A stretch of 63,824 bases of DNA, the filler included, from Vezdaea acicularis (Eukaryota): NCBI GenBank assembly GCA_026025075.1. It is 6 parts of 6 records of this genome, joined end to end, with 100 filler letters (N's around TTAATTAATTAA, not from the genome) between each part and the next. Parts side by side here need not be neighbours in the genome. Positions count along the whole stretch, not along the records: positions 34,451 to 45,136 come from JAPEUI010000256.1; positions 45,237 to 55,755 come from JAPEUI010000257.1; 4 more parts are not named here. The stretch is one strand, 5' to 3'. The notes under the pieces are model-generated. The model worked only from the letters and a program-made list of their open reading frames with translations. It had not been told where the DNA came from and searched no databases. This document shows, piece by piece, positions 39,522-54,571 of this stretch; the first letter of the stretch is position 1, and each line of letters begins with the position of its first letter. Both the position numbers and the translations under genes were made by a program.

Positions 39522-40986
39522 TCACCCCTCCCCCTCATCATCACCCCACCCCTCCGTCTCCTCCAACCCCCTCAACACGCCCTCCACCTCCCGCGGATGA
39601 TCCAGACCCCAAACCCCTCCCCCCCTAAGCCCATCCGCGCCCCTCATCCCGACCTCCTTCCCCACCAGATTCCTGCCCACCTTCCCCGGTCCGAGGCCGA
39701 TCCAGCGCCTCACGCCAAACTCCTGGTCCAAGTAGCGGATAGAGTCCCACCAGCGAACGGTCTCGACCGCTTGCCGCGCGAGCAGGTCTTTCAGCTCGGA
39801 TGCACTGCTGAAGGGGCGCGCGGAGACGTTGCTGATTACTGGGAGGTGCCCGGGGAAAGTTATGATATCCCTGCGCTTCGTCCCAGTACTCACCCCACCC
39901 CCACCACCACCGTCGTCCTCGTCAACGACAACGCCATCAGCAAGCCACCCCCGCATCATCTCCCCCGCCGGCCTCATCAACGGACTATGAAACGGCGCAT
40001 CCGCAGACAGTCTCACGGCCCTTGGATCATGCCCCCCAAAACTTCTCAAATGCTCCAGTAGCTCTTTAACCCGCTTAACACTCCCACTAAGCACGATTTG
40101 ATTCTTCGCATTAACATTCGCCAGACTGACATGCGCGCTCAAGCCCGTCACGGCCTGCTCGGCATCGTCGTCGCGGCCGGGCGTGAGAGTGAGGAAGGCT
40201 TCGATCGCGGCGATGAGGCTGGAGAGATGCGCGGGCTCGACCATCAGCGCGAACATCCCGTATTCGTCCGTCCCAGCGGCCTTGTCGTGCGCCGTGCGGG
40301 AGCAGTCCGCCATCGCCAGCGCACGCTTCCGGACTAACAACAGCGAGTCCGGGTAACTCATATTCCCCGCGGCAACCAGCGCCGCGAACTCACCTAGCGA
40401 GTGGCCGAGCGTGACGTCCACGCGCTCACTTGTGCGGAAGCCGAATTCTTGTTCTAGGATGCGTAGGATGAGGATGGAGATGGCCATGATGGCTGGTTGT
40501 GCGTTGCCGGTTGCGCTGAGGGCGCTGTTGGGGCCGGAGGCGATGAGGTCTGAGAGCGGGTAGGAGAGGAGGGAATCGGTTTCTTGGAGGAAGGGGAGGG
40601 TGGTTCGTGGGAAGGCGTTTAGCCAGGGGGCGGACATGCCGACGCGTTGGACGCCTTGGCCTAGAGAAGTAGGTTAGCTTGGGGGAGTTCGGAAGTATTG
40701 AGGGGGGGACAGGGGGGGGGGCGCGTTGTAAGGGAAAGGAGAACAAAAGAGAGAGATCAATACCAGGAAAGAACAACGCCGTCTTCGCCTTCCTTTTCGC
40801 CGCCTTTGTAGAAAACCTTCTCCCATGCCCTCCACTCTTCACCAAACACCATCCCCCCGTCCTCTCCCCAGCCCGCCATGGGAGAGTGCTAGAGCTCGCC
40901 TTTATCCCCCCGCTCCACACCCGCTTCATCCCGTGTGTCCTGTGAGCGCGCGCACGTATACGTCCGTTTCTTGCTCTATCGAGCAT
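39522..40986 (-). CDS. MCT1: Malonyl-CoA:ACP transacylase (FabD/Mct1, probably mitochondrial)
   Basis: Intron 40763-40661 builds FFPGQG; AQPAI, catalytic GHSLGE, APFHS, VRW. Arg-rich N-terminus. An alternative ATG lies at 40929. Confidence 0.9.
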
Positions 40987-41503
40987 TCAGCAGCCTCCTG
41001 AGTAAATCTTTGAGGAGCGACTATTCATATTTTTGCGCGGCGTCGTCGTCTGAAGCTGTGGCTGTCTGTTAGTGGGGAGGTTCACGCGGAAGCCTCCGTC
41101 TGGAACCGAGGACAGCTTAGCTTGATTAAGCGCGGACGGGTTGTCGTGGGGTAACTGACGGCGCGCGGAGGGGGCGCTTGGCGAGACGGGTCGCTTTTCA
41201 CATGCGTTTGACGATCGAGTGACTACGTGAGGTCGAGGGTAACATGGTGTTTGGTTTGGTTGCGTTTGCTTCTCACGATGCGGTGAATTTATAATGCTAG
41301 CAACAGATATATATATATATATATAGAAGGGAAAACGCGGTATGAAGACACTGAATGAAGCCATCGCTGTATGCTTTTTTGCTTTTTTGCTGCAGCCGTG
41401 AGCAACGGAACTGTTAGGAAAGCTTCCCCTTTGAGAAAAATCGGTCGCTGGACCTTCGATGGTCCCCTGCTCTCTTCTCCAGGCCTTTTACCTCAGAATA
41501 AAA

Positions 41504-43235
<1,732 letters not shown>

Positions 43236-44293
43236 CTCTCAAGATCTTAATCAATTGATTGCGTGAAGACAGACAAATTGATGTTCGAAATCAAGTGGAA
43301 TCGTCTTGGAGCAGTTGTTGCACAGAGGTAGTAAACTCAGGTTACACTTTATCTTAGATGCACGATTTTCCGAGGAAGCTATGACGAGGGATGAAATCGC
43401 GTCGAGGTCAAAGTCGAGCTTTCACGCATGCGTCGAACAATCTTGGCAGAAAGCACTTTGCAGTGATTGTTTCTAGTTACCACTAAAGCATATTATATCA
43501 ATTCGAGAATCTCAAGTTCATGGTTAACTACAGGGTTCTAGCCAGCTACGGCTTTGACAGCGTCGTCACGTTCGAAGATCCCTTTTCCACGGGCCTGAAA
43601 AACAAAAGCTCGCTTCAAAGATTTTCCCAGTTTCCCCTTCAAGCTAGTGGCCGCTGTCGTCATCGTACCAGACGCCCATAGGCTGTGACGCACTAGCAGT
43701 CAGTTGGTCAACTTCAAGGCGAACTCCTTCATGTGAAGCTATGTGGAAAGTTACCATTGCTCAATGGATTGTTTAATTATTATGTTGAGGCCTCGTGTCC
43801 CGTGCGCGCCTGCTCTTGCCCGAATCGACAGAGCGCTGGCGACGATGGTTGACAAACATGAGAACGGGATGATGCTAGTATAACGGGATATAAGGGAAGG
43901 AAAAAGGTGCTCTCGGAGAGGGGGTAAATGGAAGTCCACGTATGAGTGACTGGGAATCAGATAGAGTCTCGACATCCATCAAGGATCGACGACATCGTCC
44001 CGTTGCTTTCGGTTAAGATGTGATCCGCGGTAGGAACCATAGACATTGTAGAGGTTTGATTGACCGACCAACACCACCACCTTCTTAATGCAACACTGAA
44101 ACAGAGAGAATTGTATCAACGAAGTATAAACTGTTCGAAACCCAGCCCGCAATTTATGACATGCATCTTATGACATGAAGCGGGCCAAACCCAAATACGG
44201 AGCCAGGTCTCATAGCAATCATTGCTCGAGACTTGCCTCGTAAGGGCGAGTCGTATCTCATTACTCGTGGTCCTCATCAAAGACCGAGGAGAA

Positions 44294-45136
44294 CTAAGAA
44301 GCCTTGTGCCCAGCACCACTTGCTGGACCTTCCGATGGACCACCCTTCAACACTTCTCGCGCTTCAGTCTTGTCCGAGGCCGCGGAAGTTGGCGACGCGA
44401 TCTTTTCAGGGGTTGCGGAAGTGTTTGCTGCTACGTCAGGGGTCATTTGCCTTTCAGAGTTCGATGTCGGTGCTGGCGTCCCTTCCCGTGCACTCCTAGC
44501 CTGTAGTTCGCTCTTCTCCTTGTCTGTATCTTTCGGCACCTGAGCTTCAAGATCTTTGTCCTCGTCTTCGGAATTGAACAAATCTGTATCAGCAGAGTCT
44601 GTAAGAACCTCTGTTCCGTCTCCCAGGAGGATAATCCGGCCTGGTCGTCCGCCCATATCGCGTGTACGCTCGTCTAAATCGTAGTTGTCATCGTCGTCAT
44701 CGTATGTGTGATGTTCGCCTGGATTTCTAAACTCCGCTGCTTGAGATATCAGTCTTGGTGATATCTTGCGGAGAGACGGAGGTTCTTCACTGACCGCATT
44801 CCGGTGGGGCACACGGACCGTCACCGTCTGCGACCCTCTTCCCGACTTCTTCGTACCACTGCTCCTTTGTTCTGTTGCCGAGTAGAGCGATTATTCCGAT
44901 GGTCATGTTATCACAACCTACTCCACCAGTCTCGCTATTTGAGGCTAGACAGTTGTTCATCATATTCTCACAAATCCGATATAGCTCCTGTTTGGCGGCG
45001 ATTCCCCGTCGTACAAACTCAACTACAGCCTGGGATGATTGACAATCCCAAATACCTATTTTGGCCTGTGAGCATGCGAGAAACCACTGACGAAGTTGTA
45101 TTTTGCAGCATGCTTACCATCACAAGCAACAACAAT
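44294..45136 (-). CDS. PTC2: Protein phosphatase 2C (Ptc2/Ptc3-like), 3' portion only
   Basis: IVVACDG/IWDC across intron 45117-45056, GVGCDNMT, intron 44794-44737, fungal tail GRIILLGDGTEVLTD. The 5' end is lost at the contig break. Confidence 0.9.
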
Positions 45137-45236
45137 NNNNNNNNNNNNNNNNNNNNNNNNNNNNNNNNNNNNNNNNNNNNTTAATTAATTAANNNNNNNN
45201 NNNNNNNNNNNNNNNNNNNNNNNNNNNNNNNNNNNN
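45137..45236. other. Artificial contig linker
   Basis: 44N-TTAATTAATTAA-44N. Confidence 0.99.
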
Positions 45237-45587
45237 ACCCTCCAGACGCAGGTAACGATGAGTGGGCGACAAGTCCCGTCCTAACGATAGGGGGTTGAAG
45301 GAGAGTTGATATGGCTATGCGGCTTAGTGTTCAGATCGATTTCAAGTAATCTAGTCAGGTGTACACCAACCATTTTGTCCAAGTTCTTGGACAGAGTTGC
45401 CTCTATTGTTCGAAGATGTGTCCAGAACACCGCCTATCGAACTTGTTGTCGAGCTCCTTCGAGTATGATATGCGCTCGGCCTCCGAACACCCTCAACCTG
45501 TGAGAGGCTAAATTGTCCTCTTTCTGAACCGACGGTTGATGAAGCTAGACTATCGACAGACTTCCGAGGAGCAGGAGGGGAGGACAT
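45237..45587 (-). CDS. VPS54: GARP complex subunit Vps54, 5' fragment
   Basis: ATG 45587; intron 45370-45315 yields GQNAISTLLQPPIVRTGL, which I recognise as the N-terminal motif of filamentous-fungal Vps54. Truncated at the linker. Confidence 0.7.
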
Positions 45588-46084
45588 GTTGTGCAACCTC
45601 AGCTCCGGCGCTGGGAGCAACGAGGGGCTCAGAAGCGTATGAGGCAGTCCTTTCCAGCTGAGCTTGCAATGACCGACATATCATGGCTCGTTGATGCTGT
45701 CTGCTAAAGCGTTTGGGTCTTAGTATGAACTTGCCTTGCAACGAGCATTGATCTGGTGCGAGCATGCGTGCAAGCTTTTATTATCCGTCCTTTCAGTTCG
45801 ATGGTACACAAAAATAAAGAATCGTCAACGGCTCGCTAAATTGCTCTTCAAAATCTCGAACGGATTAACGGCGTGAAGATTTTCCGATGAGGCTGTTAAA
45901 GAGAAATAGCTTGCGGTCATGCATGGCTACCAAATTCGCCCCAAATACTGTGGAAAAAGCCATAGAATAATAGATAAAATTCAAGAATATTTTTGAAGTT
46001 TCTTAAATTGGTCTACAAGACCGCGTTAGGAATAAGTCCCGTAGAAAGCATTGCACTAAATGCGTTAGCGCGAGAAAGGGGTAG

Positions 46085-46156
46085 TATCACGTGATAGTGA
46101 TGCTTAGCGAAAACCACTTTACGCGAAAACGCGACACGCGAAAATGGAGAACGCGT
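46085..46156. promoter_or_regulatory. MCB/SCB cluster plus palindromic E-box upstream of MCM5
   Basis: TATCACGTGATA 46085-46096; ACGCGAAA 46121 and 46136; ACGCGA 46129; ACGCGT 46151-46156. Confidence 0.7.
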
Positions 46157-46252
46157 CGCCCAAGTATCCAGACTTAATAATTCCCCTCCCAATAGTAGCC
46201 CTACTCAATTCAAATCTCGCCCACCACGCTCGTTCAATAATTCCTCTTCGAA

Positions 46253-48584
46253 ATGGACAGAGAGCAGGTTTACTCTCTGAGTGTTCTGCCGCCGGATTAT
46301 AGCGAGAATGAAGATACAAGGCAGCAAATCCTGCGAGCTTTACAAGATTTCATTCTGGAATTTCGGCTTGATAACGCTTTCATCTATAGGTAACTCCGCA
46401 TATCACACAACATGTTTAGCGCGCAAGGAACTCATTGTGGAGCAGAGATCAGATAAGAGAGAATGTCTTAATCAAGCAATACTACTGTGATGTAGATATC
46501 GCTCATCTAATCTCATTCAATGAAGAGCTTGCCCACAAGCTTACAACAGAGCCAGGAGAGATAATACCTCTCGTGAGTGATGTCTGATACCCTTTCAAGC
46601 TCTGTATCACTAATGGCATGGATAGTTCGAGGAAGCGCTCAAGAAATGCACCCACCGTATTGTCTACCCCTCCGAGAAGGGGCGGACGATACCAAATCAC
46701 CAACTCCTTCTGCATTCAACCGCCTCTCAAATCTCAATTCGAGACCTCAATTCTACAAACATATCTCATCTTGTTCGTATACCAGGTATTGTTATTGGCG
46801 CTTCGACTCTTTCCTCAAAAGCGACTAGCCTCTTCATCCAATGTCGGAGTTGCGAGCATGCAGAAACTCTGCCGGTTACAGGAGGCTTTTCAGGAATTTC
46901 ACTACCCAGGACATGTGGAAGGAGGAGAATGGAAGGCGATAATAGCGAGCAATGTCCTATGGATCCATACTTCGTTGTGCACGAAAAATGCCAATTCATC
47001 GATCAGCAAGTCTTGAAATTACAAGAGGCGCCAGATCAGGTCCCTGTTGGAGAGCTTCCACGGCACATTCTTGTCTCCGCTGATCGCTATCTAACGAACC
47101 GAGTTGTACCAGGCTCACGGTGTACGGTCATGGGAGTCTTTTCTATATACCAGTCAAAAAGCTCAAAGGGCTCTTCATCTTCATCTGCTGTTGCCATTCG
47201 GAATCCTTACGTAAGAGCTGTAGGCATTCACACGGACGTTGATCATTCAGCGAAAGGGAACGCCATATTTTCGGAGGAAGAAGAGCAGGAATTCTTGGAA
47301 CTAAGCCGACAGCCAGACCTCTACGAAGTTTTTGCGAGTTGCATTGCGCCTTCGATCTATGGGAACCAAGATATCAAGAAAGCAATTGCTTGTCTGCTGC
47401 TTGGTGGCTCAAAAAAGATCCTCCCAGATGGCATGAAACTTAGGGGAGATATCAATGTCTTGCTTCTTGGTGATCCTGGTACAGCCAAATCTCAGCTCCT
47501 TAAATTTGTTGAGAAAGTAGCACCCATCGCTATATACACCTCCGGGAAAGGTTCTTCCGCTGCAGGCCTGACAGCATCGGTTCAACGTGATACTAATACT
47601 CGAGAGTTCTACCTAGAAGGAGGAGCTATGGTACTCGCAGATGGAGGGGTAGTCTGCATCGACGAGTTTGACAAGATGAGGGACGAAGACCGGGTTGCAA
47701 TCCACGAAGCCATGGAACAACAAACGATCTCGATTGCCAAAGCCGGTATTACGACAATCTTGAATGCGCGAACCTCTGTTCTTGCAGCAGCTAATCCCAT
47801 CTTTGGGCGTTATGATGATCTTAAAACACCCGGCGAGAACATTGATTTTCAAACGACCATTCTTTCTCGATTTGATATGATCTTCATAGTTAGAGATGAG
47901 CACGAAAAGGGTCGAGATGAGCGGATCGCTCGTCACGTTATGGGCATTCACATGGGTGGACGTGGTCTAGAAGAGCAGGTCGAAGCTAAGATTTCCGTGG
48001 AGAAGATGAAGAGGTATATTAGCTACTGCAAGCAGTAAGTCTTCAACAGTCCTTGCGCTCAAGGATTGCTTGTACTAAGTGAACTTCATAGGAAATGCGC
48101 CCCGCGCCTCTCTGCTGAAGCTGCAGAGAAGCTCTCTTCTCACTTCGTGTCAATTCGTCGTCAAGTGCATGCTGCAGAGCTCTCAGCCAATGCCAGGTCT
48201 TCTATCCCGATCACCGTGCGTCAACTGGAAGCCATCACGCGTATCACCGAATCTCTTGCTAAGATTTCGCTTTCGCCAATTGCTACAGAGGCGCATGTTG
48301 ACGAGGCCATCAGGCTATTCCTTGCATCAACTATGGATGCTGTCACACAAGGCGATGGTCAAGGTAGCAAGGAATTGATGGAAGAGGTGGGTAAGGTGGA
48401 AGAAGAGCTGAGACGGCGGTTGCCGATCGGCTGGAGTACGAGCTTGGCGACGCTACGAAGAGAGTTTGTGGAAGGCCGAGGCTATAGCGAGCAAGCGCTG
48501 AATCGGGCGATTATAGTGCTCCAACGAAGGGATACCGTCCAAATTCGGTCTGGCGGCAGTCAAGTGTACCGAAGCGGGGTATGA
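46253..48584 (+). CDS. MCM5: DNA replication licensing factor MCM5
   Basis: Exons 46253-46389, 46446-46572, 46626-48034, 48092-48584. [20 protein letters not shown] arginine finger, ITVRQLE, CPMDPY. Confidence 0.96.
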
Positions 48585-49910
48585 GGGTACTAATTTATTT
48601 GCTTTTGGTGCCGGGAGGGTCCATGGCGTGCTATCAGGGTAACTTTGAGTCATATCCATGGTTCGCGTTTGGCGTTCTGAACCTTTATGCCATGTTGTTG
48701 TAACTATATATATGAAAGGGTTTAAGCAATGACAAAAGCACGACCTCAGCCGTTGACGAGTTCGAAAGTATATCTCCTATTACATCAAAGTCATGGAGCG
48801 AAAGTTAAACAACGGGCAATTGAAGCGGGGTCGCTCGAGGGTAGCAAGGACCTGCCGTGCTCAGTCGATGGAATTCTGTATGGAAAGCTAGGGTGTCCAT
48901 CCGTTCGATCCGATCAAATGGTAGGGAAGCCATGTGTCATGGCAGAGCCTACATTCGCCCCAGGTGTCCACGAACAGGCACTGAAGGCAATTACTAGCGG
49001 AGGGTCCAACCATCTAGCCCCCAGAGGTTTCTATTACGGAAACCATTTGCATCCGGACGAATCATGAAGTCGAGCTCACCCATGATGTATGTGACTGCCT
49101 CTCTGATGGGGTAGATGACCCTAGAATACGAGGCTGACGATAGTCGAAGCTAGTTGGAGGGCATGAGAAGCTAAAAAGGAAAGGTGTCGGTAGGTTCAGC
49201 CATCCTCATGTCAAATCGTGGGTCGTCCATGGTCGCTGTGTGGATGCGTCGCTCAACCATGCTCTGCCTTACCCCACATTCCGAATCCTCTAGACCTGAA
49301 GCGGCGACCCGCATAATGCCAAGGCCCGGTGCTCTACACTTTGACATCCGGCCCCCCCTCCTCGGCTTTGTTAGACAGCACCGGTGACATAGCTTTGTAA
49401 AAGAGAAGGATGAAGTCCAACCTCATTCTTCGATACATTCGCAGCGGCATTCTATTCGGGCCTGAGTCTTGAATTTCAGCCAATTGGACTACACCGTCCC
49501 TCGGCCCCAAGCGCTATTGCTGTGCCGGTCTGGACGTTGGTGTGGCTACCTGCGTCCGTGCCCCTTCCAAAACGTTTGATTTGCCTCATAACTTCAGTCG
49601 TTGGCACACTTGTCTAGACCATGAGTTGGTATGAAAATAGACATATGCAGAAGCCGTCGTGGACCTGCCTGTCACGGTACTCGCGATTGGGCCGTGACAA
49701 GGGATACCATGAGCTCCATGCTATCAGGGAGATCCTCGTTGTGCTACCTGGCTGGGAGACCTCTTCGTGGGCTTCTGCCTGAGAGCCCCAGACCGCATCC
49801 ATGGTCTCTACGCCCCATGTTGCTGTGGGTGACGACGATCACACGAGGGTGGGGTGATACTGCGTTTCCTAGCGTAGGGTACGTACTAGAAGGCTGCCCC
49901 GCCTTGCAGG

Positions 49911-49919
49911 ATATATATA
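49911..49919 (+). promoter_or_regulatory. TATA-like element of the secreted-protein gene
   Basis: ATATATATA about 130 bp upstream of ATG 50048, followed by a CT-rich leader. Confidence 0.45.
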
Positions 49920-50047
49920 GTTGATGGGTTTCCTGATCGTCTTGTTTTCACAAGGGACTCTTTCGTTGCTCCCATCTCTTTTTCAATTGCACACTCGCTG
50001 CTACATCCTCCCATAATATTTCTATCACTATACCTCTGACCATAAAG

Positions 50048-51136
50048 ATGAAGATCTTTATAGGGTTGCTTTCACTCTTTGCTGCTTCAGCCTCTGCTTT
50101 AGTCTCTCGAGCAAACCCTTGCTGCTTCGGGTTGACTGTCAATCCCGGTGGCATCGTCGGCCAGCTTGCCGATGGCCAGAATCGAATTGGTGGCGGCCTA
50201 CCAAAGGGAACATTCTGTATCGACAGCAATGGTGCTCTTACAGATGGAAAAGGGCGTAGCTGTATCCTGACCCGTAGGCGAACCCTTACTGAACAAGACC
50301 GACTACCCTAACATTGACAACAGCACCAACTACCCAATTCCAATGCGACATTGGCGCGACTCCCAATGCAGGTTTCTCAGTTGCCTGTGATGGCACTGTT
50401 TCCTATAAGGGAAGCACTACATTCTTCACATGCCCTACGGGCGAGAATGGTGAATCCAACATCTATACTGTCGCTGTCCCAAATCAGAATAAATGCGTCA
50501 AAGTCACTTTGACAGCAGATAATTGCAAAGCCAGCTGTCCTGCGCCTCCCCCACCTCCTCCACCACCGCCACCGCCGCCGCCAGCACCAGCTGTCAAGAC
50601 ATGCCCTGCAAACCTTGCTGGTACATTTGAGTTCCCACATTTGATTATCCCTGTAGACTCGACGAAGCCTACCACAGCCTTGGGAACGTCATTCTTTGGT
50701 CAAGTCTCCTCGACTATTTCTACGATCTTCAACTTTGATATTCCGGCCGCCGACTCCGGGAAGACGTGTTCACTTGTGTTCCTCTTCCCAACCCAGTCGC
50801 AGTTGACGACTTCCAGCTTCACTTTCTCTGGTAATGGCGGCATCGACTTCAGTCGGCTCTCGAAGACCGCGACAACCTCAACCACTTTCTCTAATGCTCC
50901 TGGTATTGCCACGGACTACGGAGTCACTAAAGTTGCGCCAGGAAATTCTTACACTATCGCAACTTTTGCCTGCCCGGCCAACACTGCCATATCATTTGAG
51001 GCCAAGGCTTCAGGTGACACGTCCTTGAGATTTTTCCAGGATTTCAATCCATCTCCGTACGTCCGCTTGTCCCTCGCCTGTTTGCAATTAACTGATGATC
51101 TACAATAGAATCGGTCTGTTTATCACGGTATGCTAG
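50048..51136 (+). CDS. Secreted Cys-rich cell-wall-type protein with poly-Pro linker and But2-like C-terminal domain
   Basis: Signal peptide; GQLADGQNR, GRSCILTPPTTQFQCD; Pro run; FEFPHLIIP, FFQDFNPSPIGLFITVC. Exons 50048-50273, 50324-51056, 51109-51136. Confidence 0.8.
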
Positions 51137-51550
51137 GCGACTGAAAGGAACATGGGAAGGACTGTTTATGAGCACATTAATGATGAATGGGTTATGTCGA
51201 ATTTTTAAGGTCGTTGCCAATATCTGGCATAGTAAAAACATGAAGACATTATCCGTAACTTTGGCGCCTATTTGAGGACGAGTGCATTCCGATGCATCTT
51301 CAATGGTTTATGTAATTAGCATTCCAAGGCCTGCCTCTTGAAAAGTGAATGAAACCTTTTTCCGGTGAAACTCACTTTGATTTAAAGTTTTTTTGTAGTG
51401 CTGTGAGACCCTGGCACGCAAGAGTGGTTAGGTGTTAAACATGTTTAGCCTCTTGCCGACGCTGTTTACAACAGAGGACACGACGACAAATTGTGATCAC
51501 GGACAACGGAGCTAAATTATCCTCGATGCTTGGATCATTTCGCGTACATT

Positions 51551-54378
51551 ATGGCGCAAAGCGCCAAGATAGGCTCTTTAACAGACGAACTAATTACAAC
51601 AGTCACAGGCATCTCTGCAAAGGTTGGATTGCTCAATTACCGTGTATTCGTAGTATTGACAAGCCTCAGATTAGTCCTAAAAAGTTTGCCCATTGCCGCG
51701 ACCTCATTAGCCGTCACTTTCGGCATCATATCTACGGGCGAACCGATCAATTTGATGTGAAAAGCCGTTTCGACGGCCTGGAAGAACGATTCAGCATCCT
51801 AAATCGTGACGATCTTGCAGACGCCCTCCATGATCGCCTTGAGGAGCTCTCCAGGCTCTCAAACAGATGGACTCCAGAAACTCTCTCTCTACTGCTTCAG
51901 TTGGCTGACAAGCCTGCCACCAAGTCTAGTCTCGAGAGTTTAGAATTGCTCAGGTCGACAGAGTCCCCTCTGTCCCTGACATGGAAGGAGATAATACAGG
52001 ATGACCCCCTAGACGAGACTGGCATATGGGATAGTATCGATTATGCTGCGGAGAGTGAAGACGAATCAGACTTAGATTTGACCAGAGACTTGACATTCAC
52101 TACAAATGATCACGAGATATCTAGGCTCGGAGACAAAGAGGATACAGCTGATCTAGATTCATACATCGTTCCTGTGCACACCAAGGGTCTAAGAGATCTC
52201 AAGGGGGGCCAATTCTGGACGCAACAGGTTCCAATCAGACCAAGAGTCGGCGGTGTTGATTTGAAGGGTGATGGGCCCCAAGCGTCGATTATGATCTCAG
52301 AGCTGCAGGCCGTGCGAGAGGTCTTATTTATGTTATGCGGACTTCCCACATCCTTGTTTCGCTCTGATACTACCTCCAGTATCATCAGACCCGAGAAGGC
52401 TTATGGAATGAGGCATTGTACGCAGCAATCGCTGCTGAACCTCCTCGACGCGTTCGCCGTCATTGGCAAGGAGCTGAATGAACTTCGCAAATGGGCTCAT
52501 AAAGAACAGAGCGTACCGCTTCTTCAAGTGTTCCGCGCTGCTGTCGAAGACCGGCTCAGCTTCTGCAATATGGAACTTGCCAAGCTTCAGAGCCGTTTTC
52601 TAGGGTCTGATGCAACTGTGGTAAGCTTATTGCAGGTGTATGACCAGCTACAGCCAATCGCTCGACCACTTCATCGGCTGTCCAGCATAGTGAAGGATTT
52701 AGAATACCACTCTACAGATACGTCTCAACCCTTCATATACTTGGAGCTCATCTTCAACCAAATCTGCTCCAATCAGATGACTGGGGATGACTCGACATCT
52801 GAGTTCATGGCAAAACTATTCTTTGAATGCTTTCAGGTATACCTTAGGCCCATAAGAAACTGGATGCGGCACGGCGAACTTCGGGATGATGATGATAGCT
52901 TTTTCATTGCATCCTCCGAAGGTGATGCAAAGAAGCCAGCATCTGTATGGCATGATCATTACGTGATACGACAGTCTCCCTCTGGACGAGTCCTAGCGCC
53001 AAACTTTCTTCATGCAGCATCAAAGAAGATCCTCAATACTGGGAAGAGTGTCCTTCTGTTGGACCTTCTGGGCGTACAGACTGCCAAGCGAGCTAACGAA
53101 GCCTCACATCCTCTGAATATTGCTGCCGTACTTGACGCGACCCCTTTGACGTCGCTCGTTCCCTTTTCAGAGGCGTTTGACACTGCCTTTGATGACTGGG
53201 TTGAAGTGGAGCACCAAAGTGCCTCCACGATGCTGAGGGACTCGTTGTTCACAGAATGCGGGCTCTGGAGATCTTTAGACGCTCTAGAATACATTTTCTT
53301 CTTCAGGGATGGCTCGTTGGCCGACAACTTCGGCACAACTATCTTTAATAAGATTGACCGTGGCAAAGAGGCTTGGAATGATCAGTTCCTGTTGACTGAA
53401 CACGCGCAGGGCGTCTTCGGTATTCTTGGCTGCATTGACGGAGAGAAGCTGGTGGTCCGGGCTCTACCAAGAAAGTATGGAGATATGCAGAGTAAGAGGA
53501 GGTCTGTCAAGGTCCTGGCTGATATGGTCATTGAATACACTGTAAGTTTATAACATAGCTGATCTTGATTATTGGCACAATACTGAGTTGCGAAGCTACC
53601 GTGGCCGGTTCTCAATATCATCCAACAGAAGTCTTTATCTGTGTATCAGCGTGTTGCGACCTTTCTTCTACAGATCCGACGAGCCAAGCATGTCGTCGAG
53701 CGATTCCGTCTGCTTAAAGAAGATATTGATTCTAGCGGCGATGAGGCTGAGCATGATCTCTCGTATGCCGTGCGCCATCGACTTTTGTGGCTTACTAACA
53801 GTCTTTATACTTATACGACTGAGACGGTCATTACTCTCTCTACGGAAAGCATGCGTAGGCGGCTGTCTGAGGCTCAAGATCTCGATGACATGGTTGAGGT
53901 GCATGAGAAGTACATTCAGAGGATTGAAGCACAGTGCCTCCTATCCAAGAGACTTGCTCCCATTTACCAAGCGATAATCTCACTTCTAGACCTCGCTATA
54001 CTTTTTTCAGATGCTCATTCTCTCTACGCGGGCGAGCAATCTTTTGATGTGACGAATCGCTCCTTTTCTTTGCACAACACGCAAATGTCCGCCTCGAGTT
54101 ACAAGCGGCGTCAGACTCGTGACGAAGACGCGGATATGTCTTCAACAGATGATGAGGACGAGGCTGAAGCTGGAGTAGATATGAGCTACATCTCTTTCAT
54201 TGAGAGTCCATACATGGAACGACTGAAGAAGATGCGTGCCCAGTTTGAGCAGCTTCTCGGATTTGTGACTGCCGGGCTTAGGGGGGTGGCGCGTGCTGGC
54301 GGAGAGACGAGCTGGGAGACGTTGGCGGAAAAGCTGGAGTGGGGTAGGGCTGCTGGAGCCGCTCGAGAATATGGGTGA
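51551..54378 (+). CDS. Gamma-tubulin complex component, Spc97/Spc98 family (GCP5/Mod21-like)
   Basis: Exons 51551-51622, 51670-53541, 53596-54378. ISELQAVREVLFMLCG, ILNTGKS, Y/LPWPVLNII, YQRVATFLLQIRRAK. The GCP5 subtype is inferred from the N-terminus. Confidence 0.85.
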
Positions 54379-54571
54379 TCGCATGAAGCCGGGGAGACGG
54401 AACAAATGGTTAGATTACCCGGATGTCGCTGGGCTGCCTTAGACCCTCCGATTTTGTTTATTTAGGGTGGGTGTCGTGCTAATCTGCGTATTTCTTCCCT
54501 TCTCGAGTTGTAACTGACTCTAAGGCACCAGCAAGTCTTCCACCAGACCTGGGACATTCACGCACTCCTTC

